Positions 38,875-48,560 of a DNA stretch of 64,000 bases are shown one piece after another. The DNA is taken from assembly GCA_963841565.1 (NCBI GenBank), contig CAWJCY010000003.1, positions 64,001 through 128,000 on the forward strand, given 5' to 3'. The notes under the pieces were generated by a model, which saw nothing but the letters and a program-made list of their open reading frames with translations, made no database searches and had not been told where the DNA came from. Both the position numbers and the translations under genes were made by a program. The stretch's first letter is position 1; each line of letters begins with the position of its first letter. This DNA comes from an uncultured Nitrososphaerales archaeon. GTDB taxonomy: Archaea; Thermoproteota; Nitrososphaeria; Nitrososphaerales; Nitrososphaeraceae.

Positions 38875-39525
38875 CTAGATATTAGCCAAAACGGCTTTAC
38901 CAAACCTTTTTTCAAGTAAATTTAATAGTAGTGACAAATCACGAATTTCAATCACCGCATCAGCTTTTTCTCTTATTTTATCTACCGGGCAAAATCCCAC
39001 TGTGAATCCTGCGAGGGCAAAGAGTTTCAGATCATTTGCACCGTCAACCACGACAACGGTATCTTCCTTCTTAACTTCCCACTCCATCAACACACCCCTT
39101 ATCGCAGCTGCCTTATCAGAAGTAACTCTAACGATGACATCTTGCAGAAGTCCATTGGAAAAGATCAGCTCATTGGAAAATATTCTATCTAGACCCAGCA
39201 TTTCTTTCAGTCTATCCGTGATTATGGAGAAGCCACCAGAGACAGCGATCAATTTCCAGCCAGATCGTTTTAAGGCCTGACATATCTCTACCGCGCCAGG
39301 CATAATCTGTAGATTCTCGCCTATTTTCTTGGCTTCACTTTGAGGAATACCCCTGAGGGCATGAACGCGCTTTATGAGACCTTCTTCCCAGTTGATTTCG
39401 CCGCGTATTCCCTGCTTTGTAATATCCCAGATCTCCTTCTCCTTTTCTGGGCCCACAACCTGAGCTAGAACCGGAAGATACTCTGCATTTAGAAGAACTC
39501 CTTCAACATCAAAGACGACAAGCAT
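38875..39525 (-). CDS. serB: Phosphoserine phosphatase (HAD family)
   Basis: FDVEG, VSGGF, DGANDL HAD motifs. Confidence 0.85.
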   Translation of the reverse strand: MLVVFDVEGVLLNAEYLPVLAQVVGPEKEKEIWDITKQGIRGEINWEEGLIKRVHALRGIPQSEAKKIGENLQIMPGAVEICQALKRSGWKLIAVSGGFSIITDRLKEMLGLDRIFSNELIFSNGLLQDVIVRVTSDKAAAIRGVLMEWEVKKEDTVVVVDGANDLKLFALAGFTVGFCPVDKIREKADAVIEIRDLSLLLNLLEKRFGKAVLANI

Positions 39526-39704
39526 CTTGGGGATATTATTCAGACCTCTAATTTTACCATATATTAACTTTGTTTAGAACAAAACGTGTAGAACGATCTC
39601 CGCATCAGAGATACTATGTTATTGAATTGGACATTCGCACAAATCATTGTTATCTGCACTTGAAGGAAAAGCATTATATCATGAAATTACTGAAGCATGT
39701 ATGA

Positions 39705-39998
39705 ATGAATGAAGAAGCGACGGCTGAGACTAAATTCCTAGTTCCAGTGAAACAAGTAGAAAAATCGATAAAGTTATCGAATGATTCAAAAAATGAACTC
39801 AAGAGCATTGGGATGATGGACGATAAAGGAAAGTTGAAATTGAAGGGCGTTAGTCCACGTATGCTGAGGCGTATGAAACTCGAAGCGGTAGACTGTCCTG
39901 TACTTCAAACGGAAGTTGGATTTATTCAATGTTATGTGTGTAAAAACTTTCACAGCAGAATATCTGGACAGGTGTACTGCAGAGGAGAGCCTTTATAG
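39705..39998 (+). CDS. Small Cys-containing hypothetical protein
   Basis: AVDCPV...FIQCYVCKNF...VYCRG; compact ORF with upstream TATA-like box. Confidence 0.75.
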   Translation: MNEEATAETKFLVPVKQVEKSIKLSNDSKNELKSIGMMDDKGKLKLKGVSPRMLRRMKLEAVDCPVLQTEVGFIQCYVCKNFHSRISGQVYCRGEPL

Positions 39999-40041
39999 GT
40001 CACCAAAACTTCATAAATCGATTCTGATCTGCCTTTCATAA

Positions 40042-41502
40042 TTGAAGATTCAAAAAGAATACGGAATAACAGTGAGGAAAGGCGACAATTTAAGCGAATG
40101 GTATAGTCAGGTATTATTAAAGACTGATCTTATCGACTACGGCCCTTCAAAGGGTTTTATCGTACTAAAGCCATACGGATATTCAATCTGGGAATCGATC
40201 AAACAGATTGTTGACGTTCGTCTTAAGGATTCTGGCCATCAAAATGCATACCTTCCAACTGTTATTCCCGAAAGTTTGCTAAGAAAGGAAGAAGTTCACT
40301 TCTCGGGGTTCAATTCAGAAGTATTCTGGATAACTAAAGCAGGAGATAATTCACTGCAAGAGAAGCTTGCCTTGCGTCCAACTTCAGAGGCAATCGCTTA
40401 TTATCTATTTTCTAACTGGGTTGACAGTTATAAGGACCTTCCCTTGAAACTTAATTTTTGGAATTCAGCAATGAGAGCTGAAATAAAGTCAACAAAGCCA
40501 TTTATTCGTAATTCTGAATTTCTATGGCAGGAGGGTCATACAGTACATACGAACAACAAGGAGGCAGAAGCGGAGGTTAGGTTTATACTCGATCTATATG
40601 AGAAAATATTGGCAGATTATTTGGCCATCCCCGTTTTGAAAGGAACCAAAACAAGGAAGGAAAAATTTGTTGGCGCGGTCGCGACTACAACGCTTGAGGG
40701 CATTATGCCGGATGGAAAAGCATTACAATTGGCTACTTCCCATAATCTCGGTCAGAACTTTTCAGTCCCATTTGAAATAAAGTTTCTTGGCAGTGACAAT
40801 CTAGAACATTATGCATGGCAAACCTCGTGGGGAATATCCTGGCGACTGATAGGGGCTTTCATTATGATACATGGGGATGATCGCGGGTTAGTCATGCCTC
40901 CAAAAATCGCTCCTATTCAAGTGGTCATGGTTCCCATCTATAAGAAGGAGCAGTCCAATCAGAATGTTATTCCTAGATCGTTGGACCTCGCATCGGAACT
41001 GTCGAAGGCAGGAATAAGAGTGCATTTAGATACTCGGGATGAGTTCACAGCAGGATGGAAATATAACGATTGGGAGAAAAAAGGTGTCCCCTTGAGAATT
41101 AACATTGGACCCAAAGAGATAATGAAGGAAGAGCTAGAAGTTGTTAGAAGGGATACATTGCAGAAGGAAATAATTCCGCAAAACAGTTTGGTCAAAAGAG
41201 TGACAGAATTATTAAATCTTGTTCACGCTAGCCTCCTTAAAAAGGCGAACGAGGCCCTTCGAAGGAGCATGAAGAACGCAAGCAGCTATCACCAACTTAA
41301 GGAAATGATCCACAAACAAGTAGGTTTTGTTTCTGCTGGATGGTGTGGTGACGAAAACTGTGAGATTTCGATTAAGGAAGAAACGGGAGCGGACATAAGG
41401 CTCATTCCCTTTGAAAGCAATAATACTTGGGATTCCACAGTCAAATGTGTTTATTGTGGTAAAAACGCCGAGTCAGTTCCAGTGTTCGCTAAGGCTTACT
41501 AA
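40042..41502 (+). CDS. proS: Proline--tRNA ligase (archaeal/eukaryotic type)
   Basis: LRPTSE, EFLWQEGHT, SHNLGQNF, SWGISWR, HGDDRG, C-terminal FAKAY. Confidence 0.98.
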   Translation: MKIQKEYGITVRKGDNLSEWYSQVLLKTDLIDYGPSKGFIVLKPYGYSIWESIKQIVDVRLKDSGHQNAYLPTVIPESLLRKEEVHFSGFNSEVFWITKAGDNSLQEKLALRPTSEAIAYYLFSNWVDSYKDLPLKLNFWNSAMRAEIKSTKPFIRNSEFLWQEGHTVHTNNKEAEAEVRFILDLYEKILADYLAIPVLKGTKTRKEKFVGAVATTTLEGIMPDGKALQLATSHNLGQNFSVPFEIKFLGSDNLEHYAWQTSWGISWRLIGAFIMIHGDDRGLVMPPKIAPIQVVMVPIYKKEQSNQNVIPRSLDLASELSKAGIRVHLDTRDEFTAGWKYNDWEKKGVPLRINIGPKEIMKEELEVVRRDTLQKEIIPQNSLVKRVTELLNLVHASLLKKANEALRRSMKNASSYHQLKEMIHKQVGFVSAGWCGDENCEISIKEETGADIRLIPFESNNTWDSTVKCVYCGKNAESVPVFAKAY

Positions 41503-41606
41503 ATGCGATTCTAATCGGTTTAGGCACGCCCCGTCTGCCTTTGAAACCATTTGAATACAGAATTTTGGAGGGCAACTACTAGATATATAGGTCGTTAGCA
41601 GCTGTA

Positions 41607-42275
41607 TTGCGATTGACAACACTAGATTGGCTATTTACTTTCTTTGATAGTTTTGGATATCTAGGTGTTTTCACTGCGAGCTTTGTTGGAAGTATTATTG
41701 TATTTGTGCCTGTTCCCTACTTTCCTGTTTTGGTAGCGGCTGCACTAAGTGAGCAATTAGACCCGAACTTGATTTCCCTTGTTAGCGCGGTCGGGGTCTT
41801 GCTGGCAAAAATGATAATATTTTATGCAAGTTATTATGGCCGGAGTGTTCTGAGCGACAAGACCAAACAAAGGATGTACCCCCTTCAGAGGGTGCTTCGC
41901 AGGTATGGTGGTTTGGGGGCATTCATAGTTGCATTGACACCTATACCAGACGATGTGGTATACATCCCTCTAGGACTGGCAAGGTATAGTCCATGGAAAT
42001 TTGCTATAGCTACGTTCTCTGGCAAGTTCATACTTAATGAAATAATTGTCTGGAGCTCAGTAATTCTAGGAAGACCATTTTTTGAATCATTTATCTCAGC
42101 AGATATAGATCCCCTGTACTTGACGCTTGGGATTATTGCTAGTGTAGTTGTATTGGTTATTATTGTATACCTTTCGATTCGCGTCGATTGGGCCAGAGTA
42201 ATAGGAAAGTGGTTCCCTTGGGCAGTAGATAGTTCAGATAATGACGATATTGCTAATCAGTCAAAATCGACTTAA
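41607..42275 (+). CDS. DedA/VTT family membrane protein
   Basis: GYLGVF..SF.GS...PVPY, ALTPIPDD, multiple TM helices. Confidence 0.85.
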   Translation: MRLTTLDWLFTFFDSFGYLGVFTASFVGSIIVFVPVPYFPVLVAAALSEQLDPNLISLVSAVGVLLAKMIIFYASYYGRSVLSDKTKQRMYPLQRVLRRYGGLGAFIVALTPIPDDVVYIPLGLARYSPWKFAIATFSGKFILNEIIVWSSVILGRPFFESFISADIDPLYLTLGIIASVVVLVIIVYLSIRVDWARVIGKWFPWAVDSSDNDDIANQSKST

Positions 42276-42709
42276 ATTAGATACTGGGGGAAAACGAGGA
42301 CACCTTCAAAATAGAATTTGATCCGAATTGATAAAATCCCGAAACGAAACCCAAAGTAATTTGTCATTAACTTGAATTTAATTTTTTTTAGTTAAAGTCC
42401 TGTCCCGCAACCCAAGTTTCATGGCATGGGTCGCTGCTTCAGCATGAATCTTGGATTTTCAGCTATCGTCTGAATTCGAATGACTATAATTCTAGTGGAA
42501 TCAGCTCAATAACTTTATAACTGATACCAGAGATTAAAAATACATGCAATCAAAGTCTCATCTCTATAGTCTATACCTAGCGGCCAAGGTTTACATTTAC
42601 AAACTTATTAGAAGTAGGAAAAATAAAAGGGAAAACGAAATATCCGCCTGAAATCTAATATCATAGAAACAAGACCGTAGCAGATAGGGTATCTTATGTT
42701 TTTAACAAG

Positions 42710-43513
42710 TTGCAAACAATAGATATTTTGAAGGCTGCCGCTTCCGCGGTATTCAGGGAGACAAGAGATCTAATTGGCAGACCCGAAAGCGGCGTGACAT
42801 TTGGAAGAGGCGCAGGAGGAGACCTGTCGTCGAAGATTGATTTGGTAGCCGAGAGCACTGTACTCAATACGATTGGAAAGCTTGAGTTTAGGCCGACAGT
42901 GATTGGAGAAGAGTGCGGTACAATTAATGGTGGTGATGGTTACTTGGTTATGGACGCCGTAGATGGAACGACTAATGCCACTCGCGGGATCCCATTCTCA
43001 TGCTGCTCTTTAGCATATGCAACTCATTGTAACCTTAGTTCAGTGAGTGATGCCGTCATAATTGATTTGAACACTGGGGACGTTTACGAATCTTCCGTAA
43101 ATAGTGGTACATTGATGAATGGAATTAGACTAAGGATTTATGACAATGATATTCGTCAGCGGGACAAAGCTCAGAACGAACTTGTCGTCGGAGTTAACAT
43201 ATCAGGTATGGATGCATGCAGTATTGAAAGAGTGGCCAAGATCATATCGAAATGTTTACACGTTAGACATTTGGGCGCGAACGCACTTGAATTATGTTTT
43301 TTTGCCCGAGGTCTTATTGACATGTATATTGATCTTCGCTGCAAAATCAGAGTAACGGATTTGGCAGCTGGTTATTTGATTACAAAAGAAGCGGGAGGGA
43401 TACTCTTTAACCCTCAAGGGGGATATCTTGACTCAGACTTGTCACTCGATAATAGAATATCTTTTATTGCCGCAAAGAACAGAGAATTTTTGCAACTCTT
43501 GCAAGCGAGCTAG
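42710..43513 (+). CDS. suhB: Bifunctional fructose-1,6-bisphosphatase/inositol monophosphatase
   Basis: GAGGD...IDLVAE, GEE, DAVDGTTNA, RHLGANALE, DLAAG..I.KEAGG. Confidence 0.9.
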   Translation: MQTIDILKAAASAVFRETRDLIGRPESGVTFGRGAGGDLSSKIDLVAESTVLNTIGKLEFRPTVIGEECGTINGGDGYLVMDAVDGTTNATRGIPFSCCSLAYATHCNLSSVSDAVIIDLNTGDVYESSVNSGTLMNGIRLRIYDNDIRQRDKAQNELVVGVNISGMDACSIERVAKIISKCLHVRHLGANALELCFFARGLIDMYIDLRCKIRVTDLAAGYLITKEAGGILFNPQGGYLDSDLSLDNRISFIAAKNREFLQLLQAS

Positions 43514-43526
43514 AAGAATTGTTAAG

Positions 43527-43629
43527 CGCCCGGGCCGGGATTCGAACCCGGGTCGAAGGAGTGACAGTCCCCCATACTAGACCGGACTTTACAGAGCTTT
43601 TGAACAGAGCTCTTCTATACTACCCGGGC
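43527..43629 (-). tRNA. tRNA-Asp(GTC) with 28-nt non-canonical intron at position 15/16 (43587-43614)
   Basis: GCCCGGG acceptor stem, anticodon loop CT-GTC-AC, T-arm CCGGG-TTCGAAT-CCCGG; insert AAGAGCTCTGTTCAAAAGCTCTGTAAAG in D-loop. Confidence 0.93.
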
Positions 43630-43804
43630 ACGCAAACTCAAGCAGTGAATCTAAAATACTAATTAAAAACGTTTTGCTTATTGATTTGCAAAATGAGAAA
43701 AGTGAATTCAGGTTACTTGGATGACCATACGAATACTCAGGCCGCATATTCTCATTAGTATATGATTAAATTATAGCCATGCAAAGCCTAACTAACAGCA
43801 CGGT

Positions 43805-43891
43805 GGGCCCGTAGCTCAGCCAGGTAGAGTACCGGACTTTTAACAAATGAAAGAGATCCGGCTGTCTCGGGTTCGAATCCCGACGGGCCCG
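43805..43891 (+). tRNA. tRNA-Lys(TTT) with 13-nt canonical intron at 37/38 (43843-43855)
   Basis: GGGCCCG acceptor stem, GCTC/GAGT D-stem, CCGGA-CTTTTA-[intron]-A-TCCGG, TTCGAAT T-loop. Confidence 0.95.
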
Positions 43892-44756
43892 CATCAAGAT
43901 CTTTCGAATTCATAATTGATAATCGTCAGTTAAGCATGAATAAGCTAACTGATACATTACAGGAAATCCCAAGAAGGAGAGACAAACGTTAGACAGATGG
44001 CTTGATTGAATGAAGATTTTGGAAGTAAAATCAGGAAAGGTTGTAATCACGAAGGAGTATTAGGACTTCGAAACATATGAATCTCAATAGTATAGAACAA
44101 GAGAGAAATATGCTGGTCAGTTGTTGTATGATTCTCGTCTATGCAAGCTCAAAGTCTGAAATCTTGCAATCAAATTCAAGACGGAGTTCTGTAGATGTCA
44201 GCATCTCTTGTACCTATATAATATTCGTATTATTGAAAAAAAGATTTCCATATATATACAAACTATATGTGGAAGCTTTTGTATTTCATTGGAATACAAG
44301 AGACCTAAAATGATAACTTCAAATCTTGCATGAAACCACCTCACGCCGGGTGTCAGATGTTGGTTTTCAAGAATCATGCTCCCAATGAATCGTTCTTTCC
44401 ACCCTAACGGTCAATTCGGCAGTACATTTGGGATAATTGTCCAACATTGTTGAACTCAGCCATGCCCATTACTTAGGCATTAGGTAAATTAAAAATAGCA
44501 AATGAGAACAGACAAATCACAGTACTGAAATATTATCACTCCAATTGTTTTAAGAGTACAAGGAAACGATGGCTATTAACTGCCTAAGGGATACAAATAA
44601 GGAAACATTTTGCAAATGTTCCGAGTTCTCTTGACACTCCATGTGCGTTGCAGACGGATGAGCCTTTCCCTTGTTCATTGTAGAGTCACTGAAAAAGTCT
44701 TGTTAAGAAGTAACATTAAAAAGATTGGTGGTAAACGGGTAGAGATTACCCTACTT

Positions 44757-45395
44757 CTACGCGTTTGTGGGGTTTAGTTTTGCTGCATTGTTTGCAACAG
44801 CTGAAGGGACTTCTTTGTTACTCTGTTCAAAAGCTCTTGCGGTATTTGAAGTAACTCTTGATATCTCTTTGACGTTATCTCTAGCTTGTTGCCATGAAGT
44901 CTTGAGCAAGTCAAAGTTTGTAAAAATTGTGTTATTTACCAATCTGACAACAGTTACACTATTGTTGGCAATGTTGCTAATGGTTTGAGAATAGAATTCT
45001 TGGACATTTTGGGGGTTTATGCTGTAGTATTGTCGATATGTATTTTGAATATTCTCAAAGTATGGAGCAACTGAAGCGTTGAATGCATGTATAATGGCAT
45101 TCTGAGTGTCAATATAACTGGTTGCAATTTCTCCTGTAGCATTTACAACCTGTTCCTGGTAGTTGTAGATTGCTTGATTATAACGAGGGATCTGACTACG
45201 TGCCTCTTCTAATGATCTTTGTATATTCTGCTTGGTTTCATCAAGCATTCTTTCAGTACTTTCTTGGAGGCGTTCGGCTTGTTGCTGCTGCTGTTGCTGA
45301 AATGATGATGTCGTTGTTGTAGTTACTGCCGGTGCAGATTTAGTTGAATCTGCAGAAGATAATGTTTCTGTTTGATCTTTCTTTGTGGAAGACAT
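44757..45395 (-). CDS. Gln/Asn/Thr-rich amphipathic helical hypothetical protein
   Basis: 212-aa ORF with poly-T/poly-Q N-terminus; TTTATATA box about 25 nt upstream of ATG. Confidence 0.8.
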   Translation of the reverse strand: MSSTKKDQTETLSSADSTKSAPAVTTTTTSSFQQQQQQQAERLQESTERMLDETKQNIQRSLEEARSQIPRYNQAIYNYQEQVVNATGEIATSYIDTQNAIIHAFNASVAPYFENIQNTYRQYYSINPQNVQEFYSQTISNIANNSVTVVRLVNNTIFTNFDLLKTSWQQARDNVKEISRVTSNTARAFEQSNKEVPSAVANNAAKLNPTNA

Positions 45396-45548
45396 AACAA
45401 CTCTAATTCGCTACTTTCCCTATATAAATTATGGCATTATATACCATCCACAACCATTAGAGGACATAGATACCCAGCAAATTGGCATTAGCACTAGCAA
45501 GATTTGTCTGGGAAATGATAAATGATCCCATTGGACATCCTGAAGTGG

Positions 45549-46572
45549 TTATCTGTCTTTGCTAGAGCAGCTATTCTCGTGTAAACTCGGCTTCTCTCTT
45601 GTTCCATAATACCGCCTTTCTAAACAGATGACAAAAGCTAAGTATAGTAGTATCCACGGAATAAACATTATTTCACCGATGATCGAGTGGAACTGTTCCC
45701 AACTGCTAAAGTCTGAGTTCGGACCCAAGGCGTAAAGAGAAAGTAACGTAATTCGTATACTATTCACAACACAGGTCAATAATATTCCTGAAAATAAATA
45801 AATCAATGCTCTCCTCCATGGGATGACAGTTTTAAGTAGAAAAGCAAACATTACTAGGCCAAAGATAAAGATACTGTGAATGCCAGCAGATGGCCAGTAG
45901 ACTTTCATCACAACAGGCCCATTTGGGCTATATAATACCAACGTGTTCCCAGAGGTCTGCGAAGGAAACTCAGTTTGAAGATTCAGTAAGTTGCTAATTG
46001 GATCGAGGATTTCTACATTAAAATTGAGGTAGATTGGAACTAAATATTGAAGGAATCCCAAAGTGTCATATGGAAACAGAGAATCAAGAAGTAGGATTAT
46101 AGCATAGCCCATTAGAAATAAGGTAGCAGTTCCTCCAATTCTTAGCCAGTCCTTCTTTCCGAAGATCAACACTAGGGTTACAACAAAATAAATTGCTAGA
46201 ATAACATAATCCCACATCGACATCCAGCTCTCACTTATTAGCGCTCCTGCCGAACTTCCCATACCTGAAAGTATATGTGAAGAGCCGAAAGATAGACTGA
46301 AGAAATATAAGCTGAATCAAAATTGCGAAGGTAATGAGCATAGTTGATTCACGACCTCTGATAACAGGACGTGACCCAAGGATTTCAATCAAAGTCAGAA
46401 CCGTTGCAATCAAGAAACCTCCTCTTCCCGCGTTCCATGAGAATCCAAACGTATCGGGATAAAGAACATACGAAAGCAGGACCGGCCATACTAATACAAT
46501 GACAATAATAATCTGATTGTACCTGCTAGAAATCAGCCCGACACAGTTAGCTTTGACCAGGTTGTATTTCAT
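45549..46572 (-). CDS. Thaumarchaeosortase (one-base insertion near 46315)
   Basis: SWNAGRGG, VYWPSAGIHS (Ser in place of catalytic Cys), VNSIRI, FHSIIGE; two ORFs join as FAILI-SLYFFSLSFGSSHILSGMG. Confidence 0.88.
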
Positions 46573-46699
46573 CTGGGAAGTAATTCAGACTAAAAGGTAG
46601 TTAAGGACCTTGCTATTAAAAAATTGCAACTATCAATGTCAAAATGGTTTTGTTTCGTGAGCCAGCAAAAAAAGCCCTTTTTTTAAATGATTCAATGAC

Positions 46700-47314
46700 C
46701 TATTCTTCAACAGAAAAGGTTCTAGCTGCTCTTGAAATGAGTCTGGCAATTCTCAAAGGTTCAGGAATTTTTCCTTGGATGATAAAACTATTCAATATGT
46801 GAAGAGTTTTGGCAGGACTTATTCCCCAACTTCGAACATATACCGTCATTCCAGTTTTTAGAGTAATGTGTTCCCGATTTCCCAGTTTCCTATACTCCTC
46901 GACTCGTTTATCCGCTTCAGATTTAACAAAATTATTAAAAAATCTGTCTTCTATACCCGGGGAATCTTGGTATGTTACCCCAATTACAGGTATCCCAGTC
47001 GTTTCGAGTATTTTGTCACCAGCGACGACGTTGTATAGGCTTATTATCAAACCATTGATCATTATGCAATTAACGTCGTTCCGATCCAGTTTCCAGAACA
47101 TTGAGATAATTTGCTTGGTAGCGTCGTCCCCTCCAATCAATGCCCTTCCTAAGACGACCCCATCTACCAACATGTCACGACGTAAAACTACACCGCCGAG
47201 TGTTGAAAATGTCGAGTTCTTTTTGAAGCTTTCTGCGATTCCGAACACACGAACTCCTTTTTTTTCAGGGTGGATTCTTTTCTGATGCTTTTCGTCGAAT
47301 TCCATCGCACCCAC
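46700..47314 (-). CDS. DUF99 / endonuclease V-like family protein
   Basis: GIAESF, GGDDAT, SLYNVV, GKIPEPLRIARL. Confidence 0.85.
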   Translation of the reverse strand: MGAMEFDEKHQKRIHPEKKGVRVFGIAESFKKNSTFSTLGGVVLRRDMLVDGVVLGRALIGGDDATKQIISMFWKLDRNDVNCIMINGLIISLYNVVAGDKILETTGIPVIGVTYQDSPGIEDRFFNNFVKSEADKRVEEYRKLGNREHITLKTGMTVYVRSWGISPAKTLHILNSFIIQGKIPEPLRIARLISRAARTFSVEE

Positions 47315-47589
47315 TTACTTATTAGCAAACCCCATATTAATGGGATCCTTGATCTGAGCAAGCCGTTTTTCTATGCGTATGTTAGTCCATATTTCAATGG
47401 AATGGGTCCATACCAGCAAATCATATCAAAATACCGACACACTACTATAACTCTGCAAAGCAATATCATAGGGTATTAATGTAGCCTCTATACGCTAAGG
47501 GTAAAGGAGTAAAGGAGTGTATAATCATATACATACTACAGTATAGGAGTAGATACACCGGATGTAGTAGTTCTATGACGATTTTTTAT

Positions 47590-48417
47590 TTAGACGAACC
47601 TCTGGAGATATTCGTAAGCCCTGTGAGCAGCTTCGATAGGCTTATCCTCATAAGTGTACAGTTCAACGGTAATGAAACCCTGATATCCTACCGATCTTGT
47701 TGCATCAAAAATATCCTTAAAGTTGATAGATCCTGCTCCTGGCAGCAAATGATTGTGCACCCTGTCGCTAGAAATGTCTGCTAGGTGGAAGTGTCCTATA
47801 TAGTCAGCGAGTTGATACACAACTTCAGCTGGGTCTTCTCCCACACAAAAAAAATGTCCCAGATCACAATTCATTCCTATACTCTTAGAGTCAAAACTCT
47901 TCAGAAATTCTGTAATTTGTGAAGAATTTTCTATTATTAATCCAGGTTCCGGTTCAACTAGAATTCTGACTTTTTCGGCTTCTGCGATCTTTACAACGTG
48001 CTCGATGTTTTTTTCAAAAAGCTTCACCAAATCCCTTCTTTTACCTGCATTAGCAGTCTGCGGTCCCCCTCCCTCCGTAGAGATATTTTTTGCTCCGAGG
48101 AGCCTGGCTGTTTTTAAGCAATTGATCGTATGCATAATACGGATGTCTGTAGAATGCTTATCCACTTCTATCCACGAAGGATGGTACACATCATTTACTG
48201 CAAAGAGCGTAAATGCATTCAAGTTAGAAACCTTTAGCTGCTGTTCTTCCAAAAGGCAATTCAAACGTGAAAGGCATTGTTTGGAGAGCACAGGAGGGTA
48301 AAGATGCGGAACATCACAGAGAATTTCAACACCCTCATACCCGATAGCTCCTATCTCCCTTATAGATTCCTCAAGTGAATACCGCTTGAAGGCATTTGTA
48401 CTAAATGCTAACTTCAC
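47590..48417 (-). CDS. Sugar phosphate isomerase/epimerase (xylose-isomerase-like TIM barrel)
   Basis: GYEGVEI, VEPEP, DLGH, HFHLAD, HLLPGAG, GFITVELY; likely GTG start at 48417. Confidence 0.85.
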   Translation of the reverse strand: MKLAFSTNAFKRYSLEESIREIGAIGYEGVEILCDVPHLYPPVLSKQCLSRLNCLLEEQQLKVSNLNAFTLFAVNDVYHPSWIEVDKHSTDIRIMHTINCLKTARLLGAKNISTEGGGPQTANAGKRRDLVKLFEKNIEHVVKIAEAEKVRILVEPEPGLIIENSSQITEFLKSFDSKSIGMNCDLGHFFCVGEDPAEVVYQLADYIGHFHLADISSDRVHNHLLPGAGSINFKDIFDATRSVGYQGFITVELYTYEDKPIEAAHRAYEYLQRFV

Positions 48418-48560
48418 GTACAAAGCTTCTCTATGGTTAATAAAACTCTTTATTACCATTGTAGGTCCAAAATTGCTTACTATTTGTTGGTTAGAGCTTA
48501 ATGAAACGCATCACAAAAATATCTGTTCGCAATTAATTTAGGAATCATAGAGAAGAGGGA

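Noticed and set aside
44077-44313. 78-aa ORF after tRNA-Lys
   Set aside because: No motifs and an atypical composition; likely spurious in AT-rich DNA
47499-47519. Short tandem repeat GTAAAGGA x2 and ORF 47270-47479
   Set aside because: Only two copies, so not CRISPR-like; the ORF overlaps the DUF99 start and has no motif
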